Below are positions 9,724 through 19,414 of a DNA stretch of 64,000 nt, piece by piece. Each line of letters opens with the position of its first letter. Position 1 is the first letter of the stretch. The translations under genes and the position numbers were made by a program. Source of the DNA: Candidatus Poribacteria bacterium (lineage in GTDB: Bacteria > Poribacteria > WGA-4E > WGA-3G); contig OZ243935.1 in the NCBI GenBank assembly GCA_965214045.1, positions 2,316,994 through 2,380,993 on the forward strand, read 5' to 3'. The notes under the pieces are model-generated. The model had not been told where the DNA came from. It searched no databases and saw nothing but the letters and a program-made list of their open reading frames with translations.

Positions 9724-10866
9724 ATGAAAATCACAGCGATCAAAACCTTTATGGCGCGATTTGGCAATCGACCTCGCGGTCTCATCAAAGTCGAAACAGA
9801 CGAAGGACTCTATGGATGGGGTGAAGCCTATTCTACAGGACCTGACCTTTCTGTTGAGCCGATTGCGGACTACATCTTCGAGATGATTCAAGGAGACGAT
9901 CCGAGGCGGATTGAGTATATCATGATGAAACTGCATCAGCAGTTTCGTTTCCCGCCCGGTGGTGCTGGACTCGCTGTCATTTCGGCTGTTGATCATGCCT
10001 TGTGGGACATCAGCGGGAAAGCGGCAGGCTTACCGGTATATATGCTCCTCGGTGGACACGCTCGCGATCGCATCCGCGTCTACCGCGGCATCGGTGGCAG
10101 AGATGGCATTGAAGCTGCTGATCAAGCACACAAACTCCATGAAGACTGGGGATTCACGGCTTTCAAGACGAGTCCGTACCAACTCGATCCAGATGCAGAT
10201 CGTTGGGGACGCGTCTGTGATGCCGCCGCTACCTATTTTGAGCAAATTCGGAATAACACACCCGCAGATTGGGAGATCGCCTTCGATCCTCACGCCAAGA
10301 TCTTCGAGCCGATTCGTGCGCTTCAACTCGCAAATGCACTCGCGCCCTATGATCCGTATTTCTATGAGGAACCGCTGCGACCCGAACACATGCCCGCGTG
10401 GACACGTCTGCGCGCCCAGATGCAAGTGCCGCTCGCGACAGGCGAATCTCTCTATACACGCTTTGAGTTTCTGGATGTTATCTCGGCACAAGGGGCTGAC
10501 ATCATTCAGCCGGACATTTGTGTCTGTGGTGGACTCTTAGAGATGCGGAAGATTGCCGCAATTGCTGAAGCACACTACGTCAGTGTCGCACCCCATAACC
10601 CGATGGGACCGCTCGCAACGGCGGTTAATGTCCACTTCTCCGCCGCAACCCCGAATTTCAAAATCCTTGAGTATCTTTTGCCTACTGAGACGGAATGGAA
10701 CGATTGGGTGGACGAACCTTATCTACCAAAAGACGGTTATCTGGAATTGCGTGACTGTCCGGGCTTGGGTGTAGAGGTGGACGAATCCGCGATCACCGAC
10801 AACGAATACATCCATTGGCAGCGCACCAGTCCCATCCGACCCGATGGTTCAACAGGATATATTTAA
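9724..10866 (+). CDS. enolase-superfamily dehydratase (mandelate racemase/muconate lactonizing fold, D-galactonate dehydratase-like)
   Basis: MKITAIKTF...KVETDEGLYGWGEA...ALWDISGKAAGLPVYMLLGG closely resembles the DgoD-type N-terminus. Metal-binding region present downstream. Confidence 0.7.
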   Translation: MKITAIKTFMARFGNRPRGLIKVETDEGLYGWGEAYSTGPDLSVEPIADYIFEMIQGDDPRRIEYIMMKLHQQFRFPPGGAGLAVISAVDHALWDISGKAAGLPVYMLLGGHARDRIRVYRGIGGRDGIEAADQAHKLHEDWGFTAFKTSPYQLDPDADRWGRVCDAAATYFEQIRNNTPADWEIAFDPHAKIFEPIRALQLANALAPYDPYFYEEPLRPEHMPAWTRLRAQMQVPLATGESLYTRFEFLDVISAQGADIIQPDICVCGGLLEMRKIAAIAEAHYVSVAPHNPMGPLATAVNVHFSAATPNFKILEYLLPTETEWNDWVDEPYLPKDGYLELRDCPGLGVEVDESAITDNEYIHWQRTSPIRPDGSTGYI

Positions 10867-10940
10867 TTCGGCTCTCAGCGGTCAAGGCGTTCGCTTCGCT
10901 CACTCTCGGCAGTCAGCAGTCAGTGGGAAACCATTGAAAC

Positions 10941-12443
10941 TTATTTATGATTTGTGTTTCCAGTGCCTCTTTTCTGATTACTGGTGGCTATATACGCTTG
11001 TAGATGCTTCAACGCGCTCCCATCCTCCATTACTGACTGGGCGCGGGCAAGCGCGTCTTTAGGTTCTGGGCAAATCCCCAACAGGTAATCGACCATCGCT
11101 GTATTTAGGAGAATCCTATCGTAGATATGCCCTTTTTCACCGGATAGAGCCGCCACACCGGCTTCCGCAAATGCCGCCGCGCTGACAACTTCCGGACGAG
11201 GGCTTCTCGTATAGTCAAACCCATAAATCTCCGGATCTATATCTATCGCGAAATCTTCACGGGCACCGTTTACACGACGGAAGCCTTGAGAATAGTTGAT
11301 TGCCATCCTATCGCTCGTAGAAGGTTTTCCGAGTCGGAGTGCGTAATGGCTTGTCCCTTCCTCACCTTTCACAGCAACCGCAGCATCAAATCCGCGCTCC
11401 CATGCTAATTGGAGCAGTGGTTTCTCGTAACCGATGTGATAATAGCCAAGCACCATATAGTTTGCCTCTCGTGCTGAAAAAAATTGTTGTGCTTTCTCAG
11501 TTGCTGCCCACGGCGGACGTTTCTTGATATGCACCCGCAGTTCGCGTAAGTTATAGGCGGACGGACAGTACTCGCGTTGGCTGATATACCCGAAACCCAC
11601 CGATTCGTCTGTAATCAGTGAAGCCGTCTGTGCGAGCGATAGTTGCGTGTTCGCGCCGAGTGCGTTCAGGATAGTTTCCTCTGTTACACCGTTTTTCGGG
11701 GGCATTGCATCGACACTGTGAAGGAGCGATGCTTCACCGAGTGCGGCACGTACTGCGGCGACGAACAAGGTTGGACGAAAGTAACGCGCTGCGCCATCGT
11801 AAGGCTGGCCAAAATGCGTTAATTCCGCAACGTCAATCGGTTGGACCTCTTCCGGTCCGAAAAACGCGTCAAGATAGCCTCGTACCTCTTGGTAGGTTTC
11901 GCGGTTCATTCTTTGTCCGATAAGTGCGGCACCTTTGAAAGCAGGTTTCACGTCGTCGCTAAGGATAGCTTTACACATTTCGCGGGTTTCAGTGTAGCCT
12001 AAATGTTTTGCTTGTAGAATCTTTTCTAATGCGTTCACGACAATTGCCTCTGTTGGATTCGCTGGTACGCAACCGTTCTCAGGGCTCATAAGGTATTGGA
12101 TTTCCGGGGGCAGTTGTTCTGTAAGTGCTGAATTGTATTTACGAAACGCCGCTTGCTCTGCTGGACTCCATTGTGTCGCTTTTGGGAAATAGGCACGGAG
12201 CGTCATTGCTGCAAAGAATGCCCCCATCTGTGCTGCTGAGACTGCCTCCGATTCTGGGAGTTCACCTCTTAGGGACTTCAGAAGCGTTTCAAGCAGAGGC
12301 TCCGGTTGCGGAAAGTCCGAAGCATTCATGCCTAAGGGTCGTGTCTGATGCGGTCCCGTGCAGACTCGCGCTTGTGCCTCAAGCAGGTCGTCGTTCGGAC
12401 CTGGGTATACCGGTGTGTATGAGTGGGAATCAAAGTCCGCCAT
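10941..12443 (-). CDS. hypothetical protein with a possible divergent TrpD/AnPRT-like (glycosyltransferase family 3) fold
   Basis: Start moved to the ATG at about 12443 (MADFDSHSY...), which is preceded by a GGAGGA Shine-Dalgarno. The central block FGQPYDGAARYF...VRAALGEASLLHS...KNGVTEETILNALG is loosely reminiscent of the TrpD glycine-rich/HG region, but the canonical GTGGD motif is absent. Low confidence. Confidence 0.4.
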   Translation of the reverse strand: MADFDSHSYTPVYPGPNDDLLEAQARVCTGPHQTRPLGMNASDFPQPEPLLETLLKSLRGELPESEAVSAAQMGAFFAAMTLRAYFPKATQWSPAEQAAFRKYNSALTEQLPPEIQYLMSPENGCVPANPTEAIVVNALEKILQAKHLGYTETREMCKAILSDDVKPAFKGAALIGQRMNRETYQEVRGYLDAFFGPEEVQPIDVAELTHFGQPYDGAARYFRPTLFVAAVRAALGEASLLHSVDAMPPKNGVTEETILNALGANTQLSLAQTASLITDESVGFGYISQREYCPSAYNLRELRVHIKKRPPWAATEKAQQFFSAREANYMVLGYYHIGYEKPLLQLAWERGFDAAVAVKGEEGTSHYALRLGKPSTSDRMAINYSQGFRRVNGAREDFAIDIDPEIYGFDYTRSPRPEVVSAAAFAEAGVAALSGEKGHIYDRILLNTAMVDYLLGICPEPKDALARAQSVMEDGSALKHLQAYIATSNQKRGTGNTNHK

Positions 12444-12612
12444 TTTACAATATCCTCCGAGCGTGGTTCCATTATATTTCGTGGCGCAAAATGTTAGGTA
12501 AGAGAGATTGATTCTATTATACTGCTTTTTGCGGTTTAAAACAAATTTCGCACATTTTCGCGGTGCTACAAGCATCTTGACAAGGCGCGTAAAAGAAGAT
12601 ATAATAATCAGT

Positions 12613-13641
12613 ACTTAACGTGAGTTTGAAAAAAGTTTAGCGTTTAGAAAATCACGGGTAAATCGCTGACAGTTTGAAGTTCATCGAGGTTCAACGCGGG
12701 TTTCTTCTCCAAGAGCTGATAGGCGATCAAAGCAGAGACGACATTGACTTGGAAGTTAACGAAACTTCTATGTCGACTGTGTTCCACTTGTGTCTGCGTT
12801 TTCAGTTCCTTGATCACCGATTCAATAAGCGTCCGTTTTTTTAGCAGCACCTCATCGGAAATCGACACCCGCAGCGGCTTCATGTTTTTACGGACTTTAT
12901 AGACCAAGTTGATACCTTGTGCATGTAGAAACTCCCGGAGGTCTTTGGAGATATATCCCTTATCGCCATAGAGAGTGCCGAACATCTGCTCGGACGACAA
13001 CTTCGAGAGGGGCTGACGGTCATCGGTATTCCCCGGGGACACCTCAAAGCCTAAGAGATCCCCTTTCTCGTTGATAATCAGATGGAGTTTAAAACCGTAG
13101 AACCACCCCATTGAGGTCTTCGAGCGTCGGGCGTGTGCTGCGAAGACGCGATGCGAGGAAATCCGCTTATTGTCGCAAACCCGCAAACGTGTGGAATCCA
13201 CGAAGGAGATACCGCTACATTCACCCAAGTGAGCATGAAGATAAAGCGTCAAAAGCGTCAACACCTCTTTCTTGAGTTCGACGAACCGAGAATAACTCAG
13301 TAGATGTGGAAACTCGTTGACCCAGTAGACACGGACATGTTTTACGTAAAAGCGTTTGAACGTCCGATACCCACTTTGATGGAACGCAACAAGGATCGTC
13401 ATCACTTCGCTCGGATGCAGTTGCCGAGGGCGTCCGCGTGTTTCCAGGGGTGTCTTCTCTGGTAGACAATGCGGGCCCTGCCATTTTTCGTAAGCAAGAA
13501 AAAAGTCGTCCATTTTACAGAAAAGTGTTATGATATTCATCAGAGAACTCCTTTTGGTTATAGAGATGTGATAACTCCATTATACCAAAGGGGTTCTCTT
13601 TATACAAAAACTTTCAATTATTTATCAAACTCACGTTAAAA
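12613..13641 (-). mobile_element. IS982-family insertion sequence
   Basis: A DDE transposase ORF flanked by imperfect terminal inverted repeats TTAACGTGAGTTTGA (12615-12629 and, as reverse complement, 13625-13639). The size of about 1.03 kb is typical for IS982. Confidence 0.75.
12644..13540 (-). CDS. IS982-family DDE transposase
   Basis: 298 aa. Recognised by eye as IS982-family from sequence similarity (...FVDSTRLRVCDNKRISSHRVF...GFKLHLIINEKGDLL...YGDKGYIS...). Confidence 0.75.
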   Translation of the reverse strand: MNIITLFCKMDDFFLAYEKWQGPHCLPEKTPLETRGRPRQLHPSEVMTILVAFHQSGYRTFKRFYVKHVRVYWVNEFPHLLSYSRFVELKKEVLTLLTLYLHAHLGECSGISFVDSTRLRVCDNKRISSHRVFAAHARRSKTSMGWFYGFKLHLIINEKGDLLGFEVSPGNTDDRQPLSKLSSEQMFGTLYGDKGYISKDLREFLHAQGINLVYKVRKNMKPLRVSISDEVLLKKRTLIESVIKELKTQTQVEHSRHRSFVNFQVNVVSALIAYQLLEKKPALNLDELQTVSDLPVIF

Positions 13642-13654
13642 TTGTAGTTTTCAT

Positions 13655-15761
13655 ATGGAGAATCAAACCCCACATATTTATGCCCAAGACAAAAACAGAA
13701 ATGCGGATTTCACCAAGTGGGGACTCCCTGATGGTGCTATTGCTCGGTTAGGACGAGGAGGTATACAAGTGCTATCGATGTCGCCAAATGGGGAATATTT
13801 GGCGGTCGGAACCTTGATCGGGGTGTGGGTGTATGAGTCCTCAACACTTGCACCCATCGCGTTGTGGGACACAGAGCGCGGGCTAATTTCTACTCTCGAT
13901 TTTTCTCCCCACGGCAAGTGGCTTGCTACGGGTAACACAGATGGCAGTATCAAGATATGGGATATTCATCGCGGCATATGTATTTCCAGAATGCAACGTC
14001 CACAAGAAAAAAATGGCAAGTGGCGTGACGGAAATTCACAGATCGCCTTTTCATCTGATGGTCACTACATCGCTTCTTCGGCTAAGTTAACAGGGAACAT
14101 TTATTTATGGCACGCAGAAACAGGTAAACGAATCTCCATGTTTTCTGACCCTCCCGAGGTGAGGTTAAAATGGCGTGCCCCCCCCTCGGCCTCTCTGCTT
14201 TTCCAATGATGGATGCCTCTTGGCGTGTGCTAGCTCTGTTGATGCAGACGGAACTGCCGATTTCATTTCGGTGTGGCATGTGGAAACAGGCGAGCGAGTC
14301 GCTTCTCTTAAGGGAGGGACGACGCTTTTGCGTTCCCTTACTTTTTCACCTTGCGGGCAGCACATCGCCGCCGCGGATGTATCTGGCACCGTACAAGAGT
14401 GGAACATCCATACAGGTAAACAGCAAGTGATAGCATCATACGAAACTGCTGAAACGGTGAAAGTAGCATCACACACTGAGACATCTAGTATAACCTCCTA
14501 TTACCGAATAATTCCCGACTACTCCGCTTCCGGCACCCTACTTGCTGCTGCTCGACATGACTCCACCCTTACTGTCTGGGATGTGAAACGTGGTGAGAAA
14601 CGTAATGTCTTTGAACATCATGAACCTATCACACACATTTACTTTTCAAACCAGAAACATAGGAATGGAGAGAATTCCTCATCTGTCGTGGCTTTTGCGA
14701 GCGCAGAGGAAATCAATGTTTGGACTTTAGATAACCCATACACGGGGACTCCTATTTCCCGATACGTTTTATTTCCGGATGTTATAGCTTTTTCGCCTGA
14801 TGGTCGGACACTTGTAAGTGCAGGTTTTGCTCCTGCTACCTCTTGGGATATTGTTACAAGACAACCGCAGCGGCTGATGTCTCGTGCCGAAACAAAAGGT
14901 CGTTCACAAAAGAGCATCCGTTCTATCCATATCTCCTCGGCTGGGAAAATATATGCGTTAGGAGTTTTCCAGAATATCCTTACCGTTTGGGATCTTGAAA
15001 CGAATCAAACAATCGCTACCCTTACTGAACACAATGAATATGTGCTGACAGCTGCCTTCGCACCAACAGGGGAACAATGGGCAAGTGGTAGCCACAACGG
15101 AGAATTGTATGTATGGAAAAAACAAGGAACACGCAAAAAACTACTCGGACACACCGATGCGATTCAGACACTCGCCTTTTCGTCGGATGAAAAGTGCTTA
15201 TTGAGTGCCTCAAGCGACGGAACAGTGCGCCTCTGGCATGTTGCCTCAGGTGAAGAGATCGCCTCGCTTTCCTTAGCCCGATTAGATACAAAGCATTATC
15301 TTGACACTTTTCCCAGCAAACTGATCAGCACACAACAGCGTAGAAGCTGCGAGAGAGAGAATACCTCCCCACATTCCGAAATGAAGGCAATAGCTTTTTC
15401 ACCTTCTGGTAACGTCATTGCCGGTGGGATATTTGGCGAAATACGGTTCTGGAATGCTGATACCTATGAAACTTGCTTGGCAATACGTTTACCTCAAGGG
15501 TGTCAACGCCCGTATGCCTTAGATTTTTCTCGGTGTGGACGCTACCTCGCTTCTGGCTCTTGGTGGCAAAACACAGAGAAAGTTTCCATCCGATTATGGG
15601 AGGTTGCCACGGGTGAGAATATCGTCACTTTTTGGGGACACCCTACAGATGTCCAAGATCTTGCTTTTTCCCCGGATGGTTCGCTGTTGGCAAGTGGGAG
15701 TCTTGATGGAACTGTACTCCTATGGGATCTGACACCTTATCTACAAAATGAAACGCCGTGA
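13655..15761 (+). pseudogene. WD40-repeat beta-propeller protein interrupted by a +1 frameshift in a C8 homopolymer
   Basis: ORFs 13655-14209 and 14175-15761 both encode WD40 repeats (FSPDG/FSNDG...WD). They overlap in different frames exactly at the CCCCCCCC run 14178-14185. One protein of about 700 aa is restored by a 1-nt indel. Confidence 0.6.
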
Positions 15762-17016
15762 TGCTATCGCTGCGGGCATCGTGCATCTCCTTGAAAACCC
15801 ATTGCGTTCCGGGTTGTCTATCCTCGGCATCCTCATCGGAATCGCCAGTGTCCTCTGCATGATTGCCATCAGCGATGGCGCGAAACGTCTCATCACCCAA
15901 GACCTTGAAAAATTGGGGGGATCAAACCAAGTTCAATTCCAGATACTCACACACATTCGCAAACGCGGGCGGTTCCTCCGGTACACCACCGAACGATATA
16001 CGCTTAAGGATGCTTATGCCATTGAGGCGGAATGCCCAGATGTCCTATATGTCTTACCGAAAAATGAAAGATATCGACCCCACCTTGTTACCAGCCGATA
16101 CAACAGTCGACCCAGTCCGCATCTCGAAGGTGTTACAGCAAACTATGCAATCGGCATGCACTGGGAGATTCAAGCAGGCAGATTCCTCTCCAAAACCGAT
16201 ATTGAAAACGCAACACAAGTCTGTGTCTTGGGGGCAAACATCGCCCGTGAGTTGTTTGGTGCATCATCAGCGATCGGGCAAGAAGTGAAGGTGCGGGCTT
16301 CTTGGCAGCTCCCTTCCGTAAGACTACGTGTTGTTGGAGTCATGAAAACAAAAGGGAGAAGTCTAAGTTCTTGGCGTTCTTTAGATGATACCATTTGTGT
16401 GCCGTTGACGACGCGCAAACAACGGATTTTTGGCACTCGCTACGTTGATACGCTTGTTATCTTTTTTCAAAAGGATGCCGATGTTTATAGGGTCATTGAT
16501 TTGGCAAAAGATGTCCTGCGTAAAAGACACCGAGGGAAAGATGACTTTATCCGCTATTGGATACCGAGAATGAACATTCAGCAGCTGGATCACATTGAAA
16601 AAGTTATAAAAATCGCTTTAGGGGGCATCGCTGGTTTCTCGCTGTTTGTGAGTGGTATCGGCATCATGAATATCTGTCTCGTCTCTGTCGGTGAAAAGAC
16701 ACGAGAGATAGGTTTGCGGAAGTCGGTCGGCGCGAAGCTCACTGACATCTTCTACCAATTCCTAACCGAATCCATTTGTCTTTGTTTCTGTGGCGGGATA
16801 CTCGGCGTTGCCGGTGGCTGGTTGGCAGCACCCGGTGCCGCACAGTTGGCTGTGCGGGTTCAGCCAATTGTTGAGGACTGGCCGGTTGCCTTCTCTCTAC
16901 CTTGGGGACTGACCGCTCTTATTTTTTCAACCTTCATGGGCATCATTTTCGGGGTCTATCCTGCGATACGTGCAGCACGGCTTTCACCGATGGATGCACT
17001 CCGCACCGAAACATAA
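15748..17016 (+). CDS. ABC transporter permease, FtsX/MacB-like family
   Basis: N-terminal transmembrane segment, large periplasmic domain, then three C-terminal transmembrane segments, as in MacB/LolCE/FtsX permeases. Overlaps the WD40 gene stop by 14 nt. Confidence 0.65.
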   Translation: MKRRDAIAAGIVHLLENPLRSGLSILGILIGIASVLCMIAISDGAKRLITQDLEKLGGSNQVQFQILTHIRKRGRFLRYTTERYTLKDAYAIEAECPDVLYVLPKNERYRPHLVTSRYNSRPSPHLEGVTANYAIGMHWEIQAGRFLSKTDIENATQVCVLGANIARELFGASSAIGQEVKVRASWQLPSVRLRVVGVMKTKGRSLSSWRSLDDTICVPLTTRKQRIFGTRYVDTLVIFFQKDADVYRVIDLAKDVLRKRHRGKDDFIRYWIPRMNIQQLDHIEKVIKIALGGIAGFSLFVSGIGIMNICLVSVGEKTREIGLRKSVGAKLTDIFYQFLTESICLCFCGGILGVAGGWLAAPGAAQLAVRVQPIVEDWPVAFSLPWGLTALIFSTFMGIIFGVYPAIRAARLSPMDALRTET

Positions 17017-17074
17017 GGAGGTCGTCTTGAAAAGTTCCTATTTCCTTTTAATCTTGAAACGTTTAGAAAAAATG

Positions 17075-17100
17075 CCGATTTGGAAATCGACACTTTTTTT
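17075..17100 (+). terminator. rho-independent terminator-like hairpin with T7 tract
   Basis: ccgattt gg aaatcg stem followed by ttttttt, about 60 bp after the permease stop. Confidence 0.4.
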
Positions 17101-17362
17101 CTGCCGTGGATAATCTTGATCACTCTTCTTCTCGTTGCTTTCTGGATTCGGATTCAGGGCGTTCCAAATATTCCTGAGGGTCAATTTACGGGAAACGATC
17201 CATATCTCCACTATTGGCAAGCACAGATCGTGTCTGAACAGGGTAAGTTGCAGTTCGGTATTTTCTATAAGAACCTACTGAACCCTATAAGACCCTCATA
17301 AAATATAAAGTTATTTAGTTTTTTACTTGACAACCCTTTTACTTTTCTGATAGACTCTATGT

Positions 17363-18034
17363 ATGAATAAAAGATTTGTGAAGATTGGTGAAGCCGCTAA
17401 ACTTCTTGGTGTGTCCGTTCAGGCACTTCGGAATTGGGAAACGGAAGGTAAGATACTGCCTTCTCACCGCACCCCTGGCGGTCAACGTATGTATGATTTA
17501 GCAGAACTTCTCGGTGTCAATGATTTGACCGCTCCTACAATTGCTTATGCCCGCGTCTCGAGTTCGGATCAAAAGGAAGATTTAGAACGTCAGCAGGCCG
17601 TCCTTGAAGCGTTTTGCAATAAGAAGGGGTGGCAGACTGAAATCATAAGAGACCTCGGCAGTGGCATGAACTACAACAAGAAAGGACTCTCACGCCTCCT
17701 TGAGCTCCTGGTGAATGGTCAAATGTCTCGTTTAGTTATCACGCACAAAGACAGACTCGTTCGTTTTGGTGCGGAGATTGTCTTTCGTATCTGCGAACTC
17801 AAAGGTATAGAAGTTGTGATTATCAACAAAAGTGAGCCCCCGTCTTTTGAGGAAGAACTCACGAGCGATGTCATGGAAATCCTGACTGTGTTTTGTGCGA
17901 AACTCTATGGACGGCGTTCTCATAAATCCAAGAAAATGGCGCGAGAGATAGAGAAGATCGTCTCCGAAGAAAAAGAACATTTGGAACTTAACCTTGACAC
18001 GCCGCACACAAAAGATAGAACTCAACCCGAATAA
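17363..18034 (+). CDS. tnpA: IS607-type transposase TnpA (MerR-like HTH plus serine recombinase/resolvase catalytic domain)
   Basis: N-terminal HTH (IGEAAKLLGVSVQALRNWE) followed by a resolvase catalytic block YARVSSSDQKEDLERQ. Confidence 0.8.
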   Translation: MNKRFVKIGEAAKLLGVSVQALRNWETEGKILPSHRTPGGQRMYDLAELLGVNDLTAPTIAYARVSSSDQKEDLERQQAVLEAFCNKKGWQTEIIRDLGSGMNYNKKGLSRLLELLVNGQMSRLVITHKDRLVRFGAEIVFRICELKGIEVVIINKSEPPSFEEELTSDVMEILTVFCAKLYGRRSHKSKKMAREIEKIVSEEKEHLELNLDTPHTKDRTQPE

Positions 18035-19091
18035 CAAAGAAGCCACGCTTCTGTCTCAACACGCCGGCTATGCCCGTGTTGCGTTCAACTTCGCTTTATC
18101 GTCGTTGAAAGTCGGTTTAGATACCGACGACTGGCGAAGTCATGTTGAGATCAAGCGTGAGTTTAACGCCGTCAAATACGATAAGTTTGACTGGTGTAAA
18201 GCCCTCTCACAGAATGCGTCGAAGACTGCGATACACAATCTTGGAGACGCTGTTACACGCTGGAAAAAAGGACAAAACAAGTTCCCGGTCTATAAGCACC
18301 GATCTGGTAAATGCTCTTACCAAGCAGACAATGGCGAAGGAACTGTTGAAGTTCATAAAAAGCGTATCAACCTTCCAAAGATAGGATGGATACGCATGCG
18401 TGAGGAACTGCGTTATACTGGTGAAATCACAAAAGTCGTTGTGTCGAAACATAACGACAAATGGTTTGTGTCTATCACCGTTAGACGCCTCGATAGCAGC
18501 AACTATAAGCACCAACCGTCTCTGTTTGACCGACAAGAAAAGCAACCGATAGGGATAGACGTAGGTATCAATACACTCGCTACATGCTCTAATGGGGAGA
18601 CTTACGACAATCCACGACCTCTCAAGCGATATGAGCGAAAGTTAGCGCGTGCCAATCGTGCTTTGTCACGTAAGGTTAAGTTTTCAAAGAACTGGTATAA
18701 GCAGAAAAAACGCCTCTCTGCTGTCCACGCACGTATTGGTAATCTCCGTGAGGACGCTCACCACCAAGCCACGATACGGATTGTTCGCAAAGCACGTGCT
18801 ATCGGTATTGAGACGCTGAAGGTTACCCACATGCTCAAGAATCGGAAACTTGCCAAAGCATTATCCGACTCAGCACTTGGAGGCTTTCTAACCAAACTCA
18901 AGTATAAAGCAGAGAGACGCGGCATACCGATAACCGAAGCCTCCCAATTCTTTGCGAGTTCCAAGACCTGTAGCAACTGCGGACACAAGAAAACAGACGT
19001 GATGCTCTTTGATAGAATCTATCATTGCTCCGAATGTGGTTTTGAATGTGATAGAGACCTGAATGCGGCTATCAATCTGTGTCCTGCGTAG
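17994..19091 (+). CDS. tnpB: TnpB (IS605/IS607 OrfB family; RuvC-like RNA-guided nuclease family with C-terminal zinc finger)
   Basis: 365 aa. Has the RuvC-I motif IGIDVGIN and a C-terminal CSNCG...CSECG zinc ribbon. Overlaps tnpA by 41 nt. Confidence 0.85.
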   Translation: MTRRTQKIELNPNNKEATLLSQHAGYARVAFNFALSSLKVGLDTDDWRSHVEIKREFNAVKYDKFDWCKALSQNASKTAIHNLGDAVTRWKKGQNKFPVYKHRSGKCSYQADNGEGTVEVHKKRINLPKIGWIRMREELRYTGEITKVVVSKHNDKWFVSITVRRLDSSNYKHQPSLFDRQEKQPIGIDVGINTLATCSNGETYDNPRPLKRYERKLARANRALSRKVKFSKNWYKQKKRLSAVHARIGNLREDAHHQATIRIVRKARAIGIETLKVTHMLKNRKLAKALSDSALGGFLTKLKYKAERRGIPITEASQFFASSKTCSNCGHKKTDVMLFDRIYHCSECGFECDRDLNAAINLCPA

Positions 19092-19300
19092 AAAAATGGC
19101 AGTTTCAATCGCGAAGGTTCCGATTGAAACGAAACCTTTTGTTTTGCTTTTGAAAACAAAAGTGCCATTTTTCTAATGACCTTGAACCGTCGCCACGAGT
19201 TGCGAGGAGACGTAAAACGCCTGTGGAGTCCGTGTCAGACCTCGGTGAGAGGCAGTGGACGTTGAAGCAGGAAGTCAGGCACACATCGAAAGAACACTGT
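19092..19300 (+). ncRNA. putative TnpB-associated guide RNA (omega/reRNA) scaffold region
   Basis: Inference only. It lies directly 3' of tnpB and is highly structured, with nested palindromes at 19093-19180. The segment aaacgcctgtggagtccgtgtcagacctc is conserved with the 3' flank of the tnpB at 24951-26045 (aaacgcttgtggagtttgtgtaagacctc). Confidence 0.3.
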
Positions 19301-19414
19301 AGCGTTTTATAGGTTCTTGAGGTGTTGTTAAGTCCTACACAACGGCAGAAAGTGAAACCTAACTTAACACTCGATATTTTTCTTTCAACGCACTGCATTT
19401 CTTGACATATTGCT

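Larger units (their letters stand above)
17300..19410 (+). mobile_element. IS607-family element (tnpA serine recombinase plus tnpB) with a structured right end
   Basis: Overlapping tnpA/tnpB pair typical of IS607. A promoter-like TTGACA-18 bp-TAGACT sits at 17327-17356. The right-end boundary is approximate. The region after the tnpB stop contains palindromes and a segment conserved with the right end of the second tnpB element. Confidence 0.55.

Noticed and set aside
17080-17301. 73-aa ORF between the FtsX-like permease and the IS607 element
   Set aside because: It begins inside the terminator hairpin and has no ribosome-binding site and no recognisable family. Its composition resembles intergenic or IS-end sequence, so it is probably spurious.
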